Below are positions 20,746 to 31,950 of a DNA stretch of 64,000 bases, one piece after another. Within the stretch, counting starts at the first letter, position 1. Every line of letters begins with the position of its first letter. Under the pieces are notes generated by a model. It was not told the DNA's origin, ran no database searches, and saw only the letters and a program-made list of their open reading frames with translations. Location of the stretch: assembly GCA_040218735.1 (NCBI GenBank), contig JAVJQW010000023.1, forward strand, positions 608,001-672,000. The letters are read 5' to 3'. The DNA comes from Deltaproteobacteria bacterium (lineage in GTDB: Bacteria > Myxococcota > Kuafuiibacteriia > Kuafuiibacteriales > Kuafuiibacteriaceae). A program made the position numbers and the translations under genes.

Positions 20746-22468
20746 TCGATAATCGGACGTTGGCGGACGTAACCGTCCAGACGCACACGACCTCACGCCC
20801 GGCACGGCGCTCGCGTCCGGCGGACCGGTGTCCATCGCATGTACCGCCTATGTCCAGGAGATCCGCGCGACGATCCCCTGCAAGCTCTGGTGAAGACGGC
20901 CTGGCCCCGCTACGTCGAGTTGTTCGAAGCCTCCGGAGGCACCGTCCCAAAGTTTGTGACCGCCGCCTTCGACAGCAACCTCAGGTACGGCCTCCCTGAG
21001 GAAGGCGGCTTCATCCGCCTCGGGTGCGCCAAGTGCGGCACCGAGCGTGCCCTGCCGTTATCCTGCAAGCGCCGAGGAATCCGTCCAAGCTGCGGCGCCC
21101 GTCGCATGCACGACCTCGCGCTACGTTTGGTGGAGCGCGTCCTTCCCGATGTCCCGATTCGCCAATACGTTCTATCACCGCCCTTCGAGCTCGTGAGCCT
21201 GCTCGGCGCCCGAACCGAGCCCTCGTCCGCGCTCGCGCGCATCTTCGTTCGCTGCATGTTCGACGCGATCGGCCGACGCATCGATTCGTGCGTTGCCGCG
21301 TACCCAGGTGCAGTCGTTGTGGTGCAGAGGTTCTCCAAAACGCTCGCGCTCTTTCCTCACCTCCATGTGCTCGCGTTGGACGGTGCGTACGTCGAGGTCG
21401 GCGACGAGCTCGAGTTCCGCTTCGATCCCGGGCCCACGCCCGACGACCTCCTCGACCTCGAAGACGAGGTGGAGCGTCGATTCTCGCGATGGCTCGAACA
21501 GCATGGCTATCTCGAGGAGGACGAGGAGGCCCTCGACGGCTGGTTCGGTCCCGCGGCCTACGACACCGTTCAAGGACACCGTCCACCCGCAAAGCCGCAC
21601 GACCCCTTCCGCTTTCAAGTGCACGCTACAGTTCGTGTGCCGGCGGGTGATCGCCCGGGACGAGAACGACTCTGCACCTACGTCGCTCGACCGCCAGTGG
21701 CGGAGGCTCAGATCGAGCCCGTCGATGAAGACCGAGTCCGCCTCTGGCTTCGCAATCCGGGACGAAGCCCCGCCAGCAGCGTCGTCCTCACCTCGGTGCA
21801 GCTCTAGACCGAGGCGCGCCGCGAATGCGGCATGTCCGAGGGCTGTGCCAAGCGCTCCCGCGAAAGCGGGAGGACGTTGTGGTCATTCGCCGCCTCGCCT
21901 GGCAGGTTCCGCCCCCCAACCTCCACCTCGTCCGCTACGCCGGCATCCTCGCCCCCGCGGCTCGACGGCGTCATCGCGTCGTACCTGCGGGACGGGTCGC
22001 CATCCAGGCCGCATGGTTCGGCGCGAGGAAGTTCGAGCCACTCGTTCCCGTTCCGTCCCGGACCGCCTGGGCGAGGCTTTTTGCGAAGGTGTACGATGTC
22101 GACGTCCACCAGTGCCCAGATGCCAAGCTCCGATGCGCCCCATCGGTACGGTACTTCCACCCCGCGCCCGCGCCTGGATCGAACAGGGACGAATCCAGCC
22201 GATGCCCTCGACCGGACCACCGGGTTCCCTGAGCCGCCAACTCGAGTTGCCGCTCGCTGGCTGATCCCCAAACGGCCCCGCACCATTCTTCAACGTGTCA
22301 TCGCGTTCATGGATACGTGCGTTCAGCTCCTCCCAAACGCGCCAGGCCACCGACTCAACAACAGCCTCAACCGAGAAGGCGTGGCACGCCCTTGGTCGGG
22401 ATCCATACCGCCCCACCGTCCCCCGCGCCCCAGAGGCAGCCGCGGATCTGCGCTTGCACGCCCTATCC
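20746..22468 (+). mobile_element. ISCR/IS91-family rolling-circle element, transposase disrupted
   Basis: Zn-binding CAKC..SCKRRG..SC, HUH PHLHVL, RLCTYVARPP, HLVRYAGILAP; 1-nt frameshift near 20853, 80-bp insert at 21805-21884; oriIS-like end 22449-22468. Confidence 0.9.
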
Positions 22469-22725
22469 GGCATCTTCGTGCTCCCGGTGATCTTCGAGCG
22501 GTGGGGCACGGCGTCGACCGAGCCCGACTGATGCGTCCGCTCGTCTGGTGTTTGTTGTCGGCCGCGCTCTTCGGCGTGCCGACCCGGGTTGCTCTACGTC
22601 GGCGCCGCCGTGGTCTTCGGCGCCCTCCGCGATCGCGGACGACTCGCCGCAGCCCTGCAGAATCGAGCCCGTCTCCGGGCACGGTGGCAATGAATCCTGG
22701 AGGCAACCGCGGCGTCGAAGGCCCC

Positions 22726-23676
22726 ATGTCACTGTCCCATCTCCTGAAGGCCAAGGACGTCCGAGCGCAGCTGAACCGAATCACGCCCGACTACCGTCGT
22801 ACGCTCTCTGCGACGACGAACGTCGAGAAGTTGGGCGGCCCCCATCAGCTCATCGGCACCGCATTCGACTACGCGCTTCGATTCGAGATTGGACGACGAT
22901 GCCCGTCCGCGCGCGGCGAGCGTTGGGTAGCCGAGAATGGCGTGAGGCGTCTGGAGCTTGGTCGAGCCTTGGCGGGGACGGCCACGCTCCTCTCGACGCC
23001 CAAGCTGTCGGGGCCTTCACGAGACCTGGACCGCCTCGCCCGAAGGGCGCGGCGATGGATAGACGCAGCGCGCGAGCAAGTACCGACCTATCAGAGTATC
23101 CGAGCCGTTCGACGCTCCGACCTGACTGTGCTCGCCGAACTGACGCTAACGCTCGCGAGACTCGACGTGGTGGCTCGTTGCGGCGATCCCAGCGCCCTGC
23201 GCAGCGAGCCGAGTGCAGAGGAGCGCGAAGAGCTCGTCCGACTGCTGGAGGTCGTTCCTTTCCAGCGACTCGCCCTCGCCGGGGACGTCTTCCTCAATCC
23301 AACGTTCTCGAGCGCCTCGGAAGCGGTCGGCGGCGCGGACGCGGATCTCGTCATCGACGGACGCCTCCTGGACATCAAGACGCTGGCGAATTCGTTCATC
23401 GAGCGACCAGCTGTCCACCAGCTCCTGGGTTATCTGATGCTCGCGCGTCATGCGCGACGCCGCGACACCGCCTTTCCTCGGATTCGATCGGTCGGCTTGT
23501 ACTTCGCGCGACAGGCCGCCATCTGGGAAATCGACGTCGAGCCCATCGTGAGATCAGAGACATTCGCGGACGTCGAACGCTGGTTCGCCGCACGTGCCCG
23601 CTTGGACCAGCCTGCTCCCCGAGCCCGGAGTCGTCCCCGGGCCGACCGCGTTGCGCCTGACACGACCGAGCGCTAG
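22726..23676 (+). CDS. PD-(D/E)XK nuclease-like protein
   Basis: IGTAFDY, LNPTF, GGADADLVIDGRLLDIKT, QLLGY, GLYFARQ; C-terminal part of ORF 21832..23676. Confidence 0.75.
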   Translation: MSLSHLLKAKDVRAQLNRITPDYRRTLSATTNVEKLGGPHQLIGTAFDYALRFEIGRRCPSARGERWVAENGVRRLELGRALAGTATLLSTPKLSGPSRDLDRLARRARRWIDAAREQVPTYQSIRAVRRSDLTVLAELTLTLARLDVVARCGDPSALRSEPSAEEREELVRLLEVVPFQRLALAGDVFLNPTFSSASEAVGGADADLVIDGRLLDIKTLANSFIERPAVHQLLGYLMLARHARRRDTAFPRIRSVGLYFARQAAIWEIDVEPIVRSETFADVERWFAARARLDQPAPRARSRPRADRVAPDTTER

Positions 23677-23688
23677 CATTTGCGACGC

Positions 23689-23762
23689 GCGGGGGTAGCT
23701 CAGTGGTCAGAGCACCGGACCAATAATCCGGGGGTCAGGGCGTTCAATTCCTCTCCTCCGCA
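23689..23762 (+). tRNA. Atypical or pseudo tRNA, anticodon AAT (Ile), probably derived from a CAT tRNA
   Basis: Cloverleaf: acceptor GCGGGGG/CCTCCGC, D arm GCTC/GAGC, anticodon arm CCGGA-CCAATAA-TCCGG, TTCAATT loop with a bulged T stem; C33 instead of U33. Confidence 0.7.
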
Positions 23763-23769
23763 TCACGAC

Positions 23770-25050
23770 ATGCTGAAATGGCAGGCGGCACATGAGGCTT
23801 GGCAGTCGTTCATGGAGCGACTTACGACGGTTCAGCGCGAGCTTCATTGTTCGTATCGGAATGCGTGGTTTCGAGGCCATCCCGATGCGAACTACAAGCT
23901 AACACCATCGATTCTTCGCCAGGCCCCCCCGCCCGGCCTCGGCGAACTGTCGAAGATGAACAGCCACCGCGGCCCGACATCTGAAGAACTGCGCCGCCCC
24001 AAACCGATGGTCATCGATGGTCTCGAGCCCGTCGACGGGCCGCCGGCGGAGGCTAACTCCGCGAAACGCCACCGGGTCGTCGACGAGCGCAAGCTCGACT
24101 CGACAGAGAAGTTCCTCGAAACGGATGTTCGTAGCGATCTCCGGAGCACGCGTGCAGCACTCGCCAACGCTCTCAACTCGATCGAAGCGTCGTCGGCCGA
24201 GCTCCGTGAGATCAGCCAGCAACTCCAACAGAAACGGGACCGCATCTTCCGGGACGTGCTCATCGCTCGAAGGCGCGACCTCAAGAACAGCATGAGCGAC
24301 GCTCGAGGCACCATCGCGTCTGAGCGCGATAGAATCCTCGTCCTCCGGTCGATCTGCTACGGAGAGCGTGACACGCTGCTGGCCTTTCGCCACCGGAGCA
24401 GCGCGGTGCTCGCGGAGTCGTCATCTTGGGTCACGCTTGCCGCGATGCAGCACCACGGCGTTCCGACAAGGCTCCTCGACTGGACGACTTCCGCGGGCGT
24501 TGGCCTTTACTTTGCCGTGAAGTCGATCCGGGAGCGAATGATCTCGAACCGCGGCTCTATCGAGAACTGGCTCGAGTCGAACTGGGGTGAAATCGACCTT
24601 CGGGAGTTCGACGGTTTGCCTCTTCCGTGCCTTTGGGTTCTCAATCCATACTTCCTCGCTCGGCGCACAACGGGTCAAAATAGAATCGAGGATCCAACTC
24701 TCCGGCCCGACCTCGACTACCTTCTGGCGTTCCACGAGAATCTTTCGTGGCCTTACAACGGTGCCGTCCCGGTCCTCATTCCGTGGCGGTCCGAACGGAT
24801 CTTCGCGCAACGCGGCGTCTTTACGGTTCATGGCCGAGACACACGACCATTGGAGTGTCAGGTGCCGGTCATGGGTGGAGCGGACGCACCACTTCTCGCC
24901 TCCGTCCCCTTGGGTCTCGAGGCGGCCGTGTACGCCGTCCGGCATATCGTCCAGTTCATTGGGCTCGATCAGTTCACGGTATTCCGAGGCGAGGACGACC
25001 TCGGCACATCGATACGGGATCGACACATCGCGCGTGTGGAAAGCGGTTGA
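23770..25050 (+). CDS. FRG-domain protein with a long coiled-coil insertion
   Basis: WFRGH...LTPSI, MQHHGVPTRLLDWT...LYFAV, LWVLNP, ERIFAQRGVFTVH. Confidence 0.9.
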   Translation: MLKWQAAHEAWQSFMERLTTVQRELHCSYRNAWFRGHPDANYKLTPSILRQAPPPGLGELSKMNSHRGPTSEELRRPKPMVIDGLEPVDGPPAEANSAKRHRVVDERKLDSTEKFLETDVRSDLRSTRAALANALNSIEASSAELREISQQLQQKRDRIFRDVLIARRRDLKNSMSDARGTIASERDRILVLRSICYGERDTLLAFRHRSSAVLAESSSWVTLAAMQHHGVPTRLLDWTTSAGVGLYFAVKSIRERMISNRGSIENWLESNWGEIDLREFDGLPLPCLWVLNPYFLARRTTGQNRIEDPTLRPDLDYLLAFHENLSWPYNGAVPVLIPWRSERIFAQRGVFTVHGRDTRPLECQVPVMGGADAPLLASVPLGLEAAVYAVRHIVQFIGLDQFTVFRGEDDLGTSIRDRHIARVESG

Positions 25051-25130
25051 ACTACCAACTGCATCCGAATCTCCAGGACTTCTCCACCCCGCCTCCAAGT
25101 CTTCGCGCCGCCGGACGGCGATACTCCTCA

Positions 25131-26794
25131 TCGATAATCGGACGTTGGCGGACGCCACGGTCCATTCGCACACGACCTCACGCCCGGCACGGCGCTCGCG
25201 TCCGGCGGCCCGGTGTCCATCGAATGCACGGCCTACGTCCCACGAGATCCGCGCAACGGTCCCCTTCATCCTCTCGTGAAGGCGGCCTGGCCTCGCTTCG
25301 TCGAGCAACTCGAAGCCTCCGGAGGCACCGTCCCGAAGTTCGTGACCGCCGCCTTCGATAGCTACCTCAGGTGCGGCCTCCCCGAGGAGGGCGGCTTCAT
25401 CCGCCTCGGGTGCACCCAGTGTGGCAACGAGCGTGCACTTCCGTTGTCCTGCAAGCGCCGAGGAATCTGTCCGAGCTGCGGCGCTCGTCGCATGCACGAC
25501 CTCGCGCAACGTCTGGTCGAGCGCGTCCTCCCCGACGTCCCGATTCGTCAGTACGTCCTATCACCGCCCTCCGAGCTCGTGGGCCTGCTCGGCGCTCGAA
25601 CCGAGCCCTTGTCCGCGCTCGCGCGCGCCTTCGTTCGCTGCATGTTCGACGCGATCGGGCGGCGGGTCGATGCGGGCGTTGCCGCGCACCCCGGTGCGAT
25701 CGTCGTGGTGCAGAGATTCTCCAAGACGCTCGCGCTCTTTCCTCACCTTCACGTGCTCCGCATTGGACGGAGCGTACGTCGAGGTCGGCGACGAGCTCGA
25801 GTTCCGCGTCGATCCCGGCCGCACACCCGACGACCTCCTCGACCTCGAAGACGAGGTGGAGCGTCGATTCTCGCGATGGCTCGAACAGCATGGCTATCTC
25901 GAGGAGGACGACCAGGACGAGGAGGCCCTCGACGGCTGGTTCGGCCCCGCGGCCTACGACACCGTTCAAGGACACCGCCCGCCCGCGAAGCCTCGCGACC
26001 CCAACCGCTTTCAGGTGCACGCCCGTGTTCGCGTAAGAGCCGGTGATCGCCCAGGCCGCGAACGACTCTGCACCTACGTCGCTCGACCGCCAGTGGCGGA
26101 GGCTCAGATCGAGCCCCTCGATGAAGACCGAGTCCGCCTCTGGCTCCGCAATCCGGGTCGAAGTCTCGCCAGCAGCGTCGTACTCACCTCGATGCAGCTC
26201 ATTCGCCGCCTCGCCTGGCAGGTTCCGCCCCCCAACCTCCACCTCGTTCGCTACGCCGGCATCCTCGCCCCCGCGGCTCGACTACGTCAACGCGTCGTAC
26301 CTGCGGGACGGGTCGCCATCAAGGCCGCATGGTTCGGCGAGAGGAAGTTCGAGCCACTCGTTCCCGTCCCGTCCCGGACCGCCTGGGCGAGGCTGCTGGC
26401 GAAGGTCTACGAGATCCACGCTCACCAGTGCCCCAGATGCCACGCTCCCATGCGCCCCATCGCCGCGGTCCTTCCACCACAGGCCCGCGCCTGGATCGAA
26501 CAGGGACGAATCCTGCCCATGCCCTCGACCGGACCACCGGCCCTCGTGAGCCGCCAACTCGACCTGCCGCTCGTTGCGTGATCCCAAACGGCCCCCGCAC
26601 CCATTCCTCAATGCGTCGTCGCGTTCATGGATACGTGCGTTCAGAGCCGCTCAACTCGCCCCCCGCCACCGCAAAGACGGCCTCCGACCGAGCCGGCGCG
26701 ACACGCAATCGGTCGGGATCCAAGCCGACCGAGGGCGTGCCGCTCCCCACGAGTCCCAGAGGCAGCCGCGGAATTGCGCTTGGATGCCCTATCC
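25131..26794 (+). mobile_element. ISCR/IS91-family element, second copy (transposase 25213..26581, single +1 frameshift near 25758)
   Basis: ORFs 25213..26046 and 25421..26581 join into one transposase with an intact Cys cluster, HLH and YVARPP; oriIS-like end 26775-26794. Confidence 0.9.
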
Positions 26795-26833
26795 CGCTTC
26801 CTGGCGATTTCAGTGAAGTACGGCGGGCAACCA

Positions 26834-29800
26834 TCAGCCTTTGGAAAGGTCGCTTGGCTTGGGAAGGCAGCCTCGAACGACGACCACGCCCAGGAGGACT
26901 GACAATCCCTCGCCGACGGGAGGAGCAACTGCGCGCAGGCCGATGTCGTTGACAACGAGCCCGGGAGCGGCGGTCTTCTGGCTGCCGTCCAGCACACAGA
27001 GCGCACCAAAGCGTCGATCGCTCGCAACCACATACTGCGCCGTTTGGCCGAAGTATTTTGTGCACGAATCCAGGCTGAAGGCTGAATCGTTGTTCTCAAC
27101 TTTTAGTTCGAGCCGGATCTTCCGAAACGAGAGATCAGTTTCGCCTCCCCCAGCAGCAGGATGCTCTTCAAGCTCCCCGCCGATCCGCGGATCGAGTCTC
27201 AAGATATCTCTCAATCGTTCCTGGAACTCACGCTCCAGGATCTGTTCGTCAAAAAGGTCGTCCTGCAGCGCCTGTTGAGCCAGACGACAGACGCCGGTCA
27301 TCAAAACCAAGAAGTCGCCAAGCTCGCGGTCTGAGACTCCGGCAAAACTTCGGGCGTTGTTCCGAAGGTCGAGAAGGGCGTTGTCGACTCCCGCGTAGCC
27401 GCTGATCGGGTTGGTTGCAGGATCATGACTCTGCAAATAGAGCTGACGCTGTCCCACCACCTCCAAACGATCGGGCGCCTGCTCGAATCGCGCTCGATAT
27501 GAGAACTGGAGGGGCCGAGACGGCAAACTCTGCCCGACCTTCAATAGCAACCTGCCCGTCGCGGTCAGCCTATAGGGTGCCGCCCCCGTAGAGGGTCTAT
27601 CGATCTCGAACACCGGTAGCTGACAGACCTCGGGCGGTTCGACTGTAATCGGTTCAAGCACGAGCTTGCCATTGCTGGGGTTCCACCGGGAGACCGACAC
27701 GTCGACTGAGAGGTCTTGAACCAGATCGACCGTCACCGTATGTGGTTCCTGAACGGCTGCATCGTCTAGTCTAAATTCTGTGAACACAACGGTGGTCGAC
27801 TCGACGGACTCATGCTCCTCCGTTTTGCGTCTCGGGACCTGTGGCGTCACGCGACTAGTTATGGGCAAAGGGAGACTCAGCAACGAAAGCGATCCGGCAA
27901 GAGCGGCAACATCCTCAACTTCTTCAATTGAAAGAATCTGCTCGATGTGCGGCTTGAATTGAACGCCCCGGGCTTCGTCGTCGCCATCTCGCGCAACATC
28001 CTTGGCGTTGGTCTTGGCGGCCTTGAGGAAACGATCCGCATCGACTTCTGCACTGCGAACCGCATGTCCCCAACGCAGCAGGTCAAGAAAGCAGTGCAAA
28101 AGCGCGCGGTAGCGACGGTATACTTGAGCCGCGCTAGTCTCGCCAACCTCGGAAATCTCCTCGCCGAGTCCTGTGACCGCGTCCGACAGATCCGAGAGGA
28201 CGTCATCACGGCCAGCAGCCTTCCTGAGAAGGCTAACGATTTCAGCCCGGCGGGGGGATATGGTTAAAAAGGCCCCGCTTCTTCTCTCGCCGCTCATCCT
28301 CTCTCCGATATTTCTCTGCGATCAGGCGCACCTCTTCCGCGCTCTCAACCAATCGGGCGTTATCCCCCTCTGACGCGGCTATCTCGATCTCGATGGCCTT
28401 TCGGAGCACCGAGGCCCGCAGAGTTAACAACTTGTCCCATTCACTGGATTCCAGGCGGCTCAGCACACGGTCAATCATCGCAGCGGCCGTCGCGTGCATC
28501 CCCGCGTCGCATAGGATCTCACAGAGCTCTTCGGTCCATCCGGTGCCGAATTCAATCAGCTCGTCTGATCGCTTCACAAATGTCGCGTGCAAAGGTCTGA
28601 GGTGCTTGGACGGCACCGCGCGAAGCATCTGAATGACGTCATCGGACTGGTAGGAGCTAACGCGGTCTTGAACTGCCAGATGTATGAGCAGTCTCGGAAA
28701 CCGCGGGTCGGCCTTCATGTCGCCCCAGTACCATCTTAGGATCTCGAGCGCTTCGTATGCCTCCATTCGGAAGCACACTCCGACAACGTATTTCACGAGA
28801 TTTTGGTGCAGCTCCACATCCGTTTTTGAGCTTAGGCGAAAAGATGCGCGGATCGCGTACTTCAGACTGGAGTTGGGCTGAGGATTCTTCCCGTAAGTTG
28901 CGAGCCAATCGATCGAGGACCGGAGTGCTCGCGGCACGAACTTCTGCGGCAGCGTTACTTCGAGCAATGCCTGGAGAGCCCTCCCATGTACTGCCACGTA
29001 AGAGTCAGACAGAAGCACGAGGAACGTCTCATGGACGAGATCGGGCAGATCGTCTGATGAGCCTGCGATCGCCGTGTACGCTTCGACGCCGGCGGCCCTG
29101 ACAGCAACAGACGGGTCGAGCATTGACGCATAGATTTGTGGAAGAACGAGGCGCAGTCCGTCAGGCGATCGTCCGCACGCCCCCAGCGCCCGAACCAAAG
29201 TTGAACGAAGCATCCGGTCCTTCTCATGCACGCTCGGAAGCATTTCAATGAGCGCTGTCCCACACTTGGCGGGAAACCTAGAGGCGAGTTGCCCAATCAG
29301 CTGGGTTACATCTCGAAGGGCCGCTGAAAGTCGTGTCCGCTCATTCTGCTTCTCTAAAAGGGTCAGCGCATTCAATTTGGGCTCTAGAAGGGGGCTGCTC
29401 GGCTTCTCCAGCTCGGTAGCCATTAGTGCGGTGGCGCCAAGCAGATGCTCGATCGATTCGCTTGCTTCTTTGAGGAGGCGACTTTCTAGGTGGGAGAGGG
29501 ATCGGGCTGCGTCCGATAGGCGCTCGTCTCTCGGCAGGCTGACCACTGTTGCGATAAGACGTTGAAGGCAGACGCGCTCCGGTTCGACATCCCGATCTTC
29601 CGCTTCGCGACGAGCAAATCGAAGCACCTCCGTGTACGCCCCGAAGAGCTTCTCTCGTCCATCCTCCGATGCAGCGCTTATCGCTTCCTGCAACAGCTCA
29701 TCTGCTTCAGAGGGCCGTTGCCTAAGCGCCTCTACAATTGCCCTCACCGCGTGCTCTGAGACGCGGGCTCCGTAGCCGTGTCGGCTTTCCGTGAATTCAA

Positions 29801-30803
29801 CGCTCTTCGCCAGGACCGGAATGGTTTTTGCGATTGCCGTTGGCTTGTGAGCGAAGAGCGGACGGAGGGCGCGAGCAGCCGCCGCTCTGGTCCAGTCGCT
29901 CTGGCTAGAGAGCGCCCAGGAGAAATAGCTTTCGAGCGTATCCGGAAACAGATCGTAGGCCTTGAGCAATGCAGCCGGACGGGAGTCCAAGCGTTGTCCG
30001 GGAATCAGCTCCGTCGGCGAGGCGATTTCACATATGGATCCCATCGCAGCACGAATCAACTTGGAGTCGTCGGCGGTCATCTCTGACGCGGCTATTTCCG
30101 CGGCCACCGTGGAGCTGTGGCTGGCCCCAAGGTAGACAAGACAAGCTTGGCCCAGGCGGCGCCTGTCGTCTGCGACCAGGTTCAGCACTTGCAGCGCCGG
30201 TTGCGCCTTGGCGGGCTCATCCGATTGGAGCAATGCGTAGAGATGATCCTGAATGTCGCGGAAGGCACCGGGTGCGGCCTGTGCTGCGGCCAAGAGCAGA
30301 GCCGATGCCTCCTTAGTCCCGGTTTCGTCGAGCGCAGAGACGAGATCGAGGACACCTTTCACTCCAGGCGAAGTTTGATCACGCTGCTTGTTTCGTAGCT
30401 CCTCTCGGACTTCTCGTTCCTGCTCCCTCTTTGTTTTCTCTGCCTTCTGACGCTCCTGGCCCAGTTGCTGGTGCCTGTCCCGTTCTCCAACAATCTCCGA
30501 GATGTTTGGAAACCGGACAGGATTTCGATGTTCGCACCCAACGCAGTTCTTGTCGTGAAAGTCCAAAGCAATCCGCCGGAAATCCATCGAGTGGCTGCCC
30601 TTGTGCGCTGCATGTGGACACTGGACGAAGCCCATAAATATTGGCAGCCCGGTCTGCTGCTCAACGAGCCCCATTCCTGCGAACTGTGAGCGCTCGACAG
30701 ATAGGTGAGAGCACCAGTTGTGAAGTAGGTCCCTCGTCCGCTCGTTCCGTCGACCGATCTCGATCGCATCGCGGATTCCCGCTTCTGTGTCTCGCGATCC
30801 CAT
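26834..30803 (-). CDS. Large (~1320 aa) Cys/His-cluster + HEAT-like repeats + C-terminal PD-(D/E)XK nuclease, split at G6 28252-28257
   Basis: N-terminal CPHA..NCVGC; helical repeats (VAVRAAGVEA, VAVHGRALQAL); C-terminal EREFQ..GGGETDLSF..LELKV..QTAQY. Removing one G fuses ORFs 28242..30863 and 26834..28297. Confidence 0.7.
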
Positions 30804-31009
30804 GCTCTTCGTCTCGGACTTTCCGAGACATGCGAACCTAGTCGCGGGTCGGCCGCGTGGCAACGCTGGTCCCCTCTGTTTTCAGGCGTTCAAATGAGCA
30901 GCGGCCCGGGCCGAGTCGGATGCTCAGCGATTCTCCTGCCGCACGTCTCCGCGACAAACGACCTCGTAGTCCTCCGACGGCACGACGCTCCCATTCAGCA
31001 CCGGTTTCG

Positions 31010-31950
31010 AGCAGCCCGCGCCACGCTCGGACGAGCGCTAGCCACGTCGGTCGCCGCCCTCACCGAGCTGTCGCGCGCCGGGCGGCGTAGCGAGGCCACC
31101 GTCGACTTCCATCGCCGTAAGGCCGGACACCTCGTTCGCATCTTCGAGCAGGGCGGCACTGCCCCGTACCCGCTGAAGACGCTGACGCCGCGTGAGGTCG
31201 ACGCCTACATCTCTCAGCGCCGCGCCGAGGGAGGCCGAGAACACGATCAGCAAGGAGCTCGTGGTCCTTCGGAAGGCTCTGAAGTTAGCGAGGCACAACG
31301 GCGAGTGGGCGGGCGACGTCAACGCCGTGCTGCCGGTCGGCTTCTCGCCAGCGGTACCGCCCACGGGAACGGTTCCTCACCGCAGAGGAGGTGACGGCCT
31401 TGCTCGGGGAGCTGCCGGCCGACCGCGCGGCGCGGGTCGCGTTCATTCTGGCGACCTCCTCGTCATGGGGCCCGACCGACCGAGCGCGGCGGGCCGACGT
31501 CTCCGCCGACCTCTCGCGCGTCCACATCCGACGTACCAAGCGCAGCACCCGAGACCGCGTCGTACCGATCGTCCTCCTGGCGCACCGCGAGCTACTCGAG
31601 TTCGCCGTGCGCCACGCCGGGGGCACGAACGGCCTGCTGTTCCAGCGGTGGAGCAACCACGGTCGTGACATCAGGGCCGCCTGCAAGCGAGCAGGCATCG
31701 CCCCGTGCTCCCCGAACGACCTGCGCCGGACGTTCGGCGTTTGGCTTCGCGCCTCCGGCGCGCCGCCCGATCTGATCGCCCCTTGCATGGGGCACAAGGA
31801 CAGCACAATGGTCGAGCGCGTCTACGGACGACTCCCGCCGGAGCTGCTGGCCGCGCGCATCCAAGACGCCGTGTCGCAGTCCTCGACCGCTTCTACGCTG
31901 CCTGTAGGCCTCCAGGACTGTGTCAAACATGTACCAGACACATGCGATTC
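31010..31950 (+). pseudogene. Tyrosine recombinase/integrase, frameshifted and 5'-truncated
   Basis: SAM-like VDAYISQRRAEG / NTISKELVVLRKALK; catalytic domain TKRSTRDRVVP, PNDLRRTF, MGHKDSTMVERVY; spread over three frames (shifts near 31230 and 31350); adjacent to the tRNA. Confidence 0.85.

Noticed and set aside
22530-22625. MRPLVWCLLSAALFG hydrophobic start, DMT-transporter-like
   Set aside because: Too short and immediately degenerate; at most a capture scar
21832-23676. 614-aa ORF as one protein
   Set aside because: The first ~300 codons read through IS sequence; the real gene likely starts at 22726
23680-23769. N-terminal extension of the FRG ORF
   Set aside because: It is a translation of the tRNA-like element; ATG 23770 is preferred
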